Assembly (NCBI GenBank): GCA_965249485.1 | Contig: OZ252239.1 | Coordinates: 3,456,001-3,520,000, forward strand | Length of the DNA stretch: 64,000 bases | Source of the DNA: a bacterium | Lineage (GTDB): Bacteria > SM23-31 | Direction: 5' to 3' | Shown here: positions 40,008-49,029 of the stretch, in pieces | How positions within the stretch are numbered: position 1 is the stretch's first letter | How the letters are laid out: every line of letters begins with the position of its first letter | Translations under genes and position numbers: made by a program | The notes under the pieces: model-generated | Databases searched by the model: none | Told to the model about the DNA's origin: nothing | The model's input: only the letters and a program-made list of their open reading frames with translations

Positions 40008-41441
40008 TTAATGTATCAATAATATCTTTTCGTTTGGCGGATGGAGAAATTCTATTCCCCGGCTGGATATAACATGATTACCTTCTATGTTGATGACAAT
40101 CGGCCGTCCTGGTCTTTCCGGAAGGTTCGTGCAGATCACATATTCCAATGAAAATAGATGATTTTCTTGAATCATCAGATGATCACGGTCTGACCGAAAA
40201 GCTGCCATAGAGGGTCCAACGGTAACAAGGCTGCCCCCATTATTGCCCTGACTGTGAAGGTCAATTGAGAAACTTGACTTATCAGTATTCCTTAACTTCT
40301 CCTGAACATTCATATAGTTTTCCGGAGATTCGTCGGTAAACGGTGTGTAAATATAGTCTGCTTTTTTCAGAGCCGAGATGAGAATTTCCAAAGTTTCTCC
40401 CGCGGTCCTTCCAACTTTGACATTTTCCCGAATGATCTTTTGAGCAGCTATCGCTCGATCATAAGCATGCTGTAAACTTGCAGGAACACGTGTTTCACCT
40501 TCCCTCATAATATAGGCATTACGTTTATAATCTGTTCCAAAATATTCCAGATATCGTACCCCATTATCATACGAAAGAAAATCACCGCGCTGCAATACAT
40601 AATCAGGAGATCTTGTCTCGGATTGATCTGAAACTGCCGAATAGATAACCCCGGGCATTCCTGCTCCACTACTAAATCCTCGCGCTACACCCCGTTTATA
40701 AAACTCCTCCTTAACCCACCAGCCTACATCCTGTCGGGTCGTTACGCCCGGTGTGATTACTTCATTTGAAAGAGAGCGTTCCAGTATTTGACGATGTACT
40801 TCCAATGCGTTAGTCATAAGTGATATTTCACGCAAAATCCTTCTCGATCTGAAATCGGTAATGAGGTATTCTGCAGATACAATTCTCGCAGAATATTTAG
40901 GCCCTAATATCTTTTCCAATCTCATATATTGCGAATGTGAAATCCCATCTGCTATAGCAAGCCAATCTGATGTATTAACTGCAATTGTTTTCGGATCACG
41001 TTCTTCAACAAATTCCGTAATCTCGTCCCAGATTCCCGGATCGAGTTTGTTGCTGTATCCATTAAATGCTCGACCGACTTCTCGAGAACCGCGTATGTCA
41101 ATATTTTCAACAGTTCCTCCTCTACCAAATACTGCCCGCTCAATCCTGTCTCCCAGATCGGTAAAAATCAGATAACCGGAGGTTGATCCAAATTCAGGAA
41201 ACAAAGGATCTTGATCTCCCTGTCGGGTGACATGGATCCACATATCCACATTATTGTCGCGCATGGCTCCCGGTAGAATGAGATCAAGTTTCTCATTCCG
41301 AATAAGACGGAGAACTTCTGATCCAGTCTTTGCCGTATGTACACCCGGTTGTGCATAGACAGACAACTCCGTGGATAGCATTGACAAAATGAAAAGGACT
41401 ACTACAAGCATCCCTTTGGTAATGATACCTTCTTTACGCAT
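40008..41441 (-). CDS. Secreted M24-family (Xaa-Pro aminopeptidase-like) peptidase
   Basis: Signal peptide; LPGAMRDNNVDMWI, VITPGVTT, YD...GTDYKRNAY, DLH, FSLEY, INIEG. Confidence 0.75.
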   Translation of the reverse strand: MRKEGIITKGMLVVVLFILSMLSTELSVYAQPGVHTAKTGSEVLRLIRNEKLDLILPGAMRDNNVDMWIHVTRQGDQDPLFPEFGSTSGYLIFTDLGDRIERAVFGRGGTVENIDIRGSREVGRAFNGYSNKLDPGIWDEITEFVEERDPKTIAVNTSDWLAIADGISHSQYMRLEKILGPKYSARIVSAEYLITDFRSRRILREISLMTNALEVHRQILERSLSNEVITPGVTTRQDVGWWVKEEFYKRGVARGFSSGAGMPGVIYSAVSDQSETRSPDYVLQRGDFLSYDNGVRYLEYFGTDYKRNAYIMREGETRVPASLQHAYDRAIAAQKIIRENVKVGRTAGETLEILISALKKADYIYTPFTDESPENYMNVQEKLRNTDKSSFSIDLHSQGNNGGSLVTVGPSMAAFRSDRDHLMIQENHLFSLEYVICTNLPERPGRPIVINIEGNHVISSRGIEFLHPPNEKILLIH

Positions 41442-41797
41442 AGCTCACCTCCATTGGTTAAACTTATTATAATAATGGATTTATTTAAGGGGTGATATTA
41501 ATATGCAAAGTGATAGGATCAATAATAGAATGTAGCGACAAAACTACTCTATAACAAATAAATAATGATCATTCGATTATACGTATACATAAAAAGGAAA
41601 TCGAATAAATATTTTGAATTTGATTACGTTATGCTTAAATTTTTCACTCACCGGGCCGGCATACTATTAGCGTTTGGTGTATATAGACTCGAAAGAATTG
41701 CTATGAACGAATTTTTGTAAATACTCTGGATTTACTTATAAAATAACAGTATGTTTTAGAGAGAGAAATAAAGGAATTTAAATTCGGTGACAGCACT

Positions 41798-42433
41798 ATG
41801 TTACAAAATCAAATGGACCAAATTTACAAACGTATTCCTACAGCTAAAATACCCTGGAATTTTGAAACACTTCCTGATATTCTGAACACGTATGTACAAT
41901 CGCACATCACAATACCGGGAAAAATAATTGAGTTAGGATGCGGAGCTGGGAATTATGTAATTGCACTTACAAAAATGGGTTATACCGTAACAGGTGTGGA
42001 TTTTTCTCACACTGCTATAGAATTAGCACAAAACACTGCGTTCCAACAGGACGTTCGATGTAAATTTATTGCAGCCGATGTGCTTAATGGTTTAGATGAT
42101 ATACTCGACACATTCGATTTTGCGTATGACTGGGAGCTATTGCATCATATTTTCCCTGATGACAGAGAAAAATATGTATCCAGCATTGATCGACTTTTAA
42201 ATCCGGGAAGCCACTATTTATCGGTCTGTTTTAGTGAAGATAGTGTTCAATTTGGCGGCAGTGGGAAATATAGAAAAACTCCTCTCGAAACAGAACTTTA
42301 TTTTTCATCAGAAGACGAAATCGCATCACTATTCACACCATTTTTTAACATTATTGAGTTAGAAACAGTGGATATTCAAGGGAAATTCGGCATTCATAAA
42401 GCAATTTATGTAGTTTCGTCTAAAAAGAATTGA
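41798..42433 (+). CDS. Class I SAM-dependent methyltransferase (TPMT-like)
   Basis: IPW, IELGCGAG, TGVDFS, FAYDWELLHH. Confidence 0.85.
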   Translation: MLQNQMDQIYKRIPTAKIPWNFETLPDILNTYVQSHITIPGKIIELGCGAGNYVIALTKMGYTVTGVDFSHTAIELAQNTAFQQDVRCKFIAADVLNGLDDILDTFDFAYDWELLHHIFPDDREKYVSSIDRLLNPGSHYLSVCFSEDSVQFGGSGKYRKTPLETELYFSSEDEIASLFTPFFNIIELETVDIQGKFGIHKAIYVVSSKKN

Positions 42434-42461
42434 TAGTATTTTCAATTTTGGAGAATTTCAC

Positions 42462-42755
42462 ATGATTGCAAAAAAATTGACCAATGTATTGCTGCTCGTA
42501 ATCTTGATATTATTCATTGCCGGATGTGTTCCCGGAGATGGTTCGAGTTCACCAAACAATCCTTCCGGATTTTTTTCCGGTATATGGCACGGTTGGATTG
42601 CCCCAATTTCATTAGTGTGGGGATTTTTCAATTCATCCGTCCGTGTCTATGAGCTTTTCAATACCGGTTGGTGGTACGATTTCGGATTTTACATTGCCAT
42701 TATCGGAGGATTTGGTGGATTATCATTTATTCGGAAAAAATCCAAGGAATATTGA
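42462..42755 (+). CDS. Small membrane lipoprotein
   Basis: Lipobox IAGC; GFFSGIWHG, NTGWWYDFGF. Confidence 0.7.
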   Translation: MIAKKLTNVLLLVILILFIAGCVPGDGSSSPNNPSGFFSGIWHGWIAPISLVWGFFNSSVRVYELFNTGWWYDFGFYIAIIGGFGGLSFIRKKSKEY

Positions 42756-42846
42756 TTCAGCATTGCATTAAAGATAACTGAGACAAATGTGCCTACGTAT
42801 TAAAACTATTTTTTAATATAGTGTTTTAGTCTTGTGGAGGTATTAC

Positions 42847-43800
42847 ATGAATATGAAGCATATCCTGTTGTTATTCTTTTTTATTATATCAGTTTGCATA
42901 TCGGCAATTTCCACGAATGCCCAGACCCCCAATTGGGAAGAGTCCAGTGCGTTCCTGAACGGTGCCATCGACGTCCATGTTCATAATATGCCGGACAGCG
43001 GTCCACGAGCTATTGATTCGTTCGAATCGGCACGCATAGCACGGCGGTATGGTATGCGGGCACTGCTGTTTAAGAATCATTTTACCCATACCGCTTCAGT
43101 TGCCTATCTTGTCAATCAGATCGTTCCCGGTATCGAAGTTTATGGAGGTATAGTTTTGAATAATACCGCTGGTAGGATTAATCCTCGGTCAGTGGAACAC
43201 ATGGCACTGACGACTGGCCGGCTTGGACGTGTTGTTTGGATGCCGACATGGGATTCTGAGCACTATTCAAAAACACTGAGACCAAATCCCAATGTTGTGC
43301 CAATTAGCAGCAATGGCGAACTCCTGCCCGAAGTAGTGGAAGTTTTTGAAGTAATGGCCCGTTTTAATTTAGCTCTTGCGACAGGGCATTCGAGTCCGGA
43401 GGAGTCGCTCCTCCTTATCAAGAAAGCAAAGTCAATGGGCATTGAACGTATTATCGTTACACATCCAATGTCACCTGCCGTGGGAATGACAATGGAGCAG
43501 CAGATTGAAGCAGCACGTCTCGGAGCGTATGTGGAATTCTGTTTTAATCCTTTGATGCCCGCGGACACAGGACTTGCCAAACCGGATGGAGGTCTTCCGA
43601 TCGAGACGATGATTTCACATATTCGTGCCGTAGGGATAGAAAACGCAATTATTTCAACCGATTTGGGACAGGAATTGAATCCTCTCCATACCGATGGTAT
43701 GATCTATTTTATTCATCTGCTTAAAGAACAGGGTTTCACTCAAGAAGAGATCGACCGAATGTGCAAGAGTAATCCTGCACATTTTCTCGGAATGCAATGA
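42847..43800 (+). CDS. Secreted amidohydrolase-fold protein (DUF6282-like)
   Basis: Signal peptide; IDVHVH, FKNH, VVWMPT, LATGH, VTHP, STDLGQ. Confidence 0.75.
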   Translation: MNMKHILLLFFFIISVCISAISTNAQTPNWEESSAFLNGAIDVHVHNMPDSGPRAIDSFESARIARRYGMRALLFKNHFTHTASVAYLVNQIVPGIEVYGGIVLNNTAGRINPRSVEHMALTTGRLGRVVWMPTWDSEHYSKTLRPNPNVVPISSNGELLPEVVEVFEVMARFNLALATGHSSPEESLLLIKKAKSMGIERIIVTHPMSPAVGMTMEQQIEAARLGAYVEFCFNPLMPADTGLAKPDGGLPIETMISHIRAVGIENAIISTDLGQELNPLHTDGMIYFIHLLKEQGFTQEEIDRMCKSNPAHFLGMQ

Positions 43801-43833
43801 AAAACAATTCCCGGTTATGGGTGATTTTCAATA

Positions 43834-43866
43834 AAGAAAGGTCATCACATTGTGACGACCTTTCTT
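43834..43866. terminator. Bidirectional terminator-like hairpin
   Basis: AAGAAAGGTCATCACA-T-TGTGACGACCTTTCTT between convergent genes. Confidence 0.6.
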
Positions 43867-43896
43867 GTTAATAAAACTGTACACATTTCAACAACT

Positions 43897-45000
43897 CTAA
43901 ATGTCGTCCCCCCAACCCATTTCTTTGAAGAACTCCTCACGAGTCGGGAAAATAAACGATAGAATATCGAACAGCTCGGGATCAAGAGTTCTTAAATTTT
44001 CGGGTGTCAGCGGTACCCCTTCAAACGACCGATGCCCACGAACACCATAAGAAATATCGAGTCCGAATGTCAGGAACTCGTGACTGAATGAGCGTTCAGG
44101 CAATCCATCCTGTGGCTTATAAAATCCCCGATCGATCGCAGCATAAGTTGCATGCTCAAGCCGCTCCTGAACTCCTGGATAGGCTCTCATGATGCCGCTG
44201 CCGTGGATCCGATGGGTAATTTCTTCAACCGATGCGTCGCGACGAATTCCTTCCGGTCCGCCGAGCCGTAAATAGTCGGGAATGATCTCCTCGTCCTCGA
44301 GATCCTGCGTCCGTATGCCCAGGCTCCTTCTGTGCATATAAAAACTGATTGAGGTGTTGCGTTCTTCGAATGTATAGAAAAGCGTCATGACAGAATTTCC
44401 CTCTTTAACGTACTCGGTGATCTTTCCGGACCCCCGTCTGTCTTTTGAAAGCAGTGCGTTGGCGACATTTGCCGCATACTCGATCTTTTTGGGATCAACT
44501 CTTTCAGTAGCATAGAAGCCCATTCCTCCGCCTTCCCGCCGCTGTGTGAAAATGTCTAGCGCATTTTCTTGCTTCGGGGTTTCTTCGAGCGCTATGATGA
44601 TGAGGACCTGTTCCATGAACCCGTCGCTGTTCGTCGCGCGAACCTCCGCGTAATAGTGAGCCGGATAGCTGTCGGGATGCGCCTTGAGTCTAAGCTCGGC
44701 AGTTTCAGCGTCGATTTCAACGATCTTTGTTGCATCAAGCTGGCCTTCCTTCAGGTAATTCCTCCGGTCGCCTCCGGGTACCGGCGGCACAAGACTCCAG
44801 GTAGTTTTGAGTTCATTAGGGAAAACAAGTTCGATTTCGCCGATAATTTCGCCTATTTTCGTATCCTTAGTCACCAGAACTCGGTCATATTCATCGGTTA
44901 CGATAGGTTTTTCCGCATAACCGCTGCTAACCAGGGGAGATGCAACCATAAAAAGTGCTGCATAAAGTAGTGCTGCGGTACTGAGAATAGCATTACGCAT
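43897..45000 (-). CDS. Secreted protein: cadherin-like domain plus putative Zn-metallopeptidase domain (EExxH)
   Basis: Close paralog of 35971..37068; RRDASVEEITHRIH, HEFL. Confidence 0.55.
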   Translation of the reverse strand: MRNAILSTAALLYAALFMVASPLVSSGYAEKPIVTDEYDRVLVTKDTKIGEIIGEIELVFPNELKTTWSLVPPVPGGDRRNYLKEGQLDATKIVEIDAETAELRLKAHPDSYPAHYYAEVRATNSDGFMEQVLIIIALEETPKQENALDIFTQRREGGGMGFYATERVDPKKIEYAANVANALLSKDRRGSGKITEYVKEGNSVMTLFYTFEERNTSISFYMHRRSLGIRTQDLEDEEIIPDYLRLGGPEGIRRDASVEEITHRIHGSGIMRAYPGVQERLEHATYAAIDRGFYKPQDGLPERSFSHEFLTFGLDISYGVRGHRSFEGVPLTPENLRTLDPELFDILSFIFPTREEFFKEMGWGDDI

Positions 45001-45177
45001 AATATTCCTCCAAGTGTAATTTGTGCTATATTGTTAGTGAACTATACAATACAATATTGTAATAGCAATAATTCAAAATATTTTAAATATCTCTCAATAA
45101 TCAAAAACAATAGAAGCAAATTTATTGTATAATTACTTTTTTACTCTACGCAATGAGCTCAGCAGATAGATAATCAC

Positions 45178-45211
45178 AAAAAGCCCTGAAGCAACTTATT
45201 CAGGGCCTTTT
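45178..45211 (-). terminator. Terminator downstream of the FKBP gene
   Basis: AAAAAGCCCTGAA-N8-TTCAGGGCCTTTT. Confidence 0.6.
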
Positions 45212-45328
45212 AATAACGAGCTAATAATCGGAGATTTTTGTTCTATAATAAAGATCGGAGACACTATGATTTTTTAGTCACACATCATATAAACATCACG
45301 CTAAGTAAATAATCAGATTTCACAACAA

Positions 45329-45757
45329 TTATGCAATTTCTACAAGATTAATTTCAAAGTAGAGATCTTTTCCTGCCAATGGATGGTTTGCATCAAGAAA
45401 AACACTCGCGTCCGTCATATCAACAACCAGAACAGCCACTTCCTCACCAGAATCCGTAGACATTGAATACCGCTGTCCCTTTTCCGGATTGAAATCAGAC
45501 GGCAATGATGCACGCTCAATTTCAACGATTTTCTCTTCAACATAATGACCGTATGCATCATCAGCGAGAATTTTTGTGTTTGCAGAATCTCCCGGCTTCA
45601 TCCCAATGACCGTGTCTTCAAATCCTTTGATCATCATATTCTGACCAATGGTAAATGTCAATGGATCACGGTCTTCTGATGTATCAAACACTGTTCCATC
45701 TTCCAACTTTCCTGTATAATGAACAGATACAGTGTCTCCATTTTTAGCTTGCGTCAT
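45329..45757 (-). CDS. FKBP-type peptidyl-prolyl isomerase (SlyD/FkpB-like)
   Basis: VHYTGKLEDGTVFDTS, AYG, DANHPLAGKDL. Confidence 0.92.
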   Translation of the reverse strand: MTQAKNGDTVSVHYTGKLEDGTVFDTSEDRDPLTFTIGQNMMIKGFEDTVIGMKPGDSANTKILADDAYGHYVEEKIVEIERASLPSDFNPEKGQRYSMSTDSGEEVAVLVVDMTDASVFLDANHPLAGKDLYFEINLVEIA

Positions 45758-45781
45758 AAATTACACCTTATTGTCTTAGGC

Positions 45782-45815
45782 AAAAAAAAACCCGGTACAA
45801 TGTACCGGGTTTTTT
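45782..45815 (-). terminator. Intrinsic terminator after the cold-shock gene
   Basis: A9-CCCGGTACA-A-TGTACCGGG-T6. Confidence 0.75.
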
Positions 45816-45819
45816 GAAC

Positions 45820-46020
45820 TTATAGTGCCTTGACGTTGACGGCTTTTAACCCTTTATCCCCTTCTTCAACATCAAATTCAACGCGGTCGCCTTCTTCTAA
45901 GGAGCCATACTGGCTCGATACTATGTCACTACCGTGAACAAAAACATCATCGCCACTGTCACGCTGAATAAATCCATAATTCTTTGTGGAATTAAACCAC
46001 TTTACTTTACCCTCTTCCAT
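45820..46020 (-). CDS. Cold-shock protein
   Basis: GKVKWFN, YGFI (RNP1), DVFVH (RNP2). Confidence 0.95.
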   Translation of the reverse strand: MEEGKVKWFNSTKNYGFIQRDSGDDVFVHGSDIVSSQYGSLEEGDRVEFDVEEGDKGLKAVNVKAL

Positions 46021-46430
46021 GCTAATTACCTTTCTGCAGGAATTGATATGTTTACAATATGAGCAGTTTTAACACTCTGTTCATATAGAAGCAGAATAAA
46101 CCTCGCGGTCCTAAGACACCCACATATGATGAGCTTCTACCACTCCTCGCGAAAGTGTAATAACATGCAATCTGTTCATACCGTATTAATAGTGAAACAT
46201 TAATGTACAACTTATTAACAGTAAATCCAAAGGTTTTAAACAATTGTCCCCATTGAGTTTTCAGCTTTAAAACGGATTAAAAACCCTTACAATCTCTGTG
46301 TTTATTACGGCCTCTAAAGAACACTACAAAAGAATAATGATATGTTGAAATTTATAAATTATTTAAGTATTTTAATCAACTTATATTTACAATTCCAAAA
46401 TCACCACGATTTAGAATTGGAACATGACAC

Positions 46431-47281
46431 ATGGGTACTATTGATTTAACAATACAAGATTTAAGAGATATGATACAGTCGCAGTTACATGATACTATTG
46501 AGCACTACCGAGACGCAAATAAGCTTAGAGTTTCAAATTATGAGCGCCCTTTCGGGCAGCCGACAGATGACGAAATTGACGATTTTATTTTTCATATCCC
46601 TCATCTCGACGAAACATTAAGTAAGCAGTTGACGAATCCCGGACTTTTAGGCTTTTTTGCTAAACTTGTAAATGCAGAAAAACAGTGGTTAGATGATTTT
46701 AAAAAACAGGTTGCCGAATGGGCGAATAACAACTCCTGGATCGGAGGGGACGATTCGACAAAAGATTTCATTCTCACGATCAGTTCTCCAGATGAGAGTG
46801 CAATATGGTACCCCAATCAGAAAAAACCAGATTGGATTCGCTCTTCACCTTCGTACCGACTACTATCAGAAGAAAAAATCCCAATGGCGCCCTGCTCACC
46901 AAATCGGCGTTGAAAGAATATGAAAAACAGATAATCTCCTGTTTAAACGACAATGGCTGGAGTGTGGATAGTACACGAATTTCAAATGACGATAGTATTT
47001 TCATATTGGCGAGCAGAGATGACTCTGATTATCTCCTCACTCAATCACTATGGGAGGCAAAAAGTATCGATTCGGAAAACCGCGTATCTTTAAGCATTGT
47101 CCACGAATTATCAGCTTCACGAGAAGAGTCTAATGGACAGAATACAGCTGTTGTATTGACCGGACAAATATCCAGCAGCAAAATTGCCTGGATCAAAAAA
47201 GATACATACAGACTTTCTGAAGATGATATAATCGACATCCGTGAATGGATCCTTGGGAAGCAGTATCCAAAAACAGTATAA
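46431..47281 (+). pseudogene. Frameshifted, degenerate Mrr-like restriction endonuclease
   Basis: Two overlapping ORFs; the second has YEKQI..L...GW.V..TR.S.DDSIFI, WEAK and V.LS.VHEL, typical of Mrr_cat; frame change near 46870-46900. Confidence 0.55.
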
Positions 47282-47373
47282 CCCTAGATCGAACAGAACT
47301 TTTTGCTATTACTCTATACTTTAAATCAAATTAACATATAGGTAACAACTGATTGTTTGACGAAGAATATATG

Positions 47374-48762
47374 TTACCTTATGACATGCCATTCAGCAAC
47401 CGGATTACCTAAATATGCTAAACCCTCTTCTGTAAATGCTACAATCTGACCTAATGTTAAATCAACACCGTTCTCACCCCAATCCTCGACAGATACTCGG
47501 GTAGGTTCGGGATCAAAAGAGTAAAGTGTATTATAATGAAGTGAATGACTATTCGATACAATCGATGTCGAGTAATAGTCCGACGTTGATGTTAATCCGG
47601 CAACATAGATTTTGTGAGAGAACATATATCCTCCTTCAAGGTATCTCCGAATAAACATAGGAGGCGGGTGAAATACTATTGTTGTTGTAATAATCCCTTC
47701 TTCTAATGGTATAATGTTCGTAGCATTTACAATTTCAATCCCTGTTCTTTGATATTGAAATTCTTTAGCAAAATCAGCATGTAATCTATTCACTTTACGC
47801 AAAGCTTCTTCTAAATCATTAGGAACATCTCGTTCATTCTCTCTTAATACATACGCGAATGCCTTAGTGTCCGTCACCAAGCCAAGCAGCATTATATCTT
47901 TATCACAACCAATTATATCCCCTCTACGTATAACTAAATCGACACCATTCCCAGTTCTGCCATTAAAGAATTTCTCGGAAGGGGTCTCATACTTTTCGAT
48001 ATCGGCAGGTCTTCTCTGAACTCGTATTGTCGGATGATTTTCGTGTTCAATATTGAGGTCAAGCATCCTGTGTCTGAACCACCAATCCAAATCGTTTGTT
48101 GTAGTGACATCGGGAATTACCGTTTTATTCGAAAAACCCTCCGCTATTATATCGTTAGCTACTCCCTGTACAAATTTGTATACCCGGATCTGTTCAGGGC
48201 TCATTGTTTCAAGCCATCGCATGCTTAGAGTTTTGGAATCTACTGTACGTGCCGAATACTTTCTACCAAGTGCTGTTATCATATCCTCATTGTCAAATTG
48301 ACTGATTGCTATAGTATCCGGATCGCGATCATTCACTAAATCTGTAATATGTTCGTAATCTCGCGGTTCTAAATATTCAATTTTGTTTCCCTTGTCGTGA
48401 TATATCATGTAACGGGGTGTCCATTGAGAACCGGGCGGCTCATGAATTCCAGGCAAAGTCATACCTTCGTCATTTGCCGGAATTAATGAAGTATAGACAG
48501 GACCTTCATTATTATAATAAAGCTCAGCCTCGTTGTTGCGAATGATCCACATGTCCACATTCTGTTCACGCATTATAGCAGGTAAAACATGCTCTTTTTT
48601 CCATTTCCACCACCGTTCCATTATTTCTACACGCTCCCGCATCGGTGGAATATTCTGAATAAATTCCCCCCGATTATGGAAAGGTTTTTGCGCAAAAGAT
48701 ACATTAGAAAAAACGATCATTAATGTGATACATACCAGAGTGATTGTTTTTGAATTATTCAT
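47374..48762 (-). CDS. Secreted M24-family peptidase homolog with degenerate ligands
   Basis: LPAIMREQNVDMWII, VIPDVTT, RRGDIIGCD..LVTDTKAFAYVLR. Confidence 0.7.
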   Translation of the reverse strand: MNNSKTITLVCITLMIVFSNVSFAQKPFHNRGEFIQNIPPMRERVEIMERWWKWKKEHVLPAIMREQNVDMWIIRNNEAELYYNNEGPVYTSLIPANDEGMTLPGIHEPPGSQWTPRYMIYHDKGNKIEYLEPRDYEHITDLVNDRDPDTIAISQFDNEDMITALGRKYSARTVDSKTLSMRWLETMSPEQIRVYKFVQGVANDIIAEGFSNKTVIPDVTTTNDLDWWFRHRMLDLNIEHENHPTIRVQRRPADIEKYETPSEKFFNGRTGNGVDLVIRRGDIIGCDKDIMLLGLVTDTKAFAYVLRENERDVPNDLEEALRKVNRLHADFAKEFQYQRTGIEIVNATNIIPLEEGIITTTIVFHPPPMFIRRYLEGGYMFSHKIYVAGLTSTSDYYSTSIVSNSHSLHYNTLYSFDPEPTRVSVEDWGENGVDLTLGQIVAFTEEGLAYLGNPVAEWHVIR

Positions 48763-48905
48763 TGAATCTCTCCACTTTTAGTATAAAGCAATTACGTATT
48801 TTATATAATTCACAACTCTTTCAAAATATGTACGGAGATTAGTTACGGTATTATATTCGGAAAATGCAATAAATTTTTACAACTCAATTAACATAATAAA
48901 TGAGA

Positions 48906-48934
48906 TTGACATTTACTGTTAAGGAATGTAGATT
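48906..48934 (+). promoter_or_regulatory. Sigma-70 type promoter
   Basis: TTGACA, about 17 nt spacer, TAGATT upstream of ATG 49030. Confidence 0.45.
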
Positions 48935-49029
48935 TAATCTTCCGAAATCACTTCATTATAATAGAGAAACACCCTTCGCATTAAATAAACTGTCATCGCA
49001 AATCATACTTGCATAGGGGAGAAATAATC

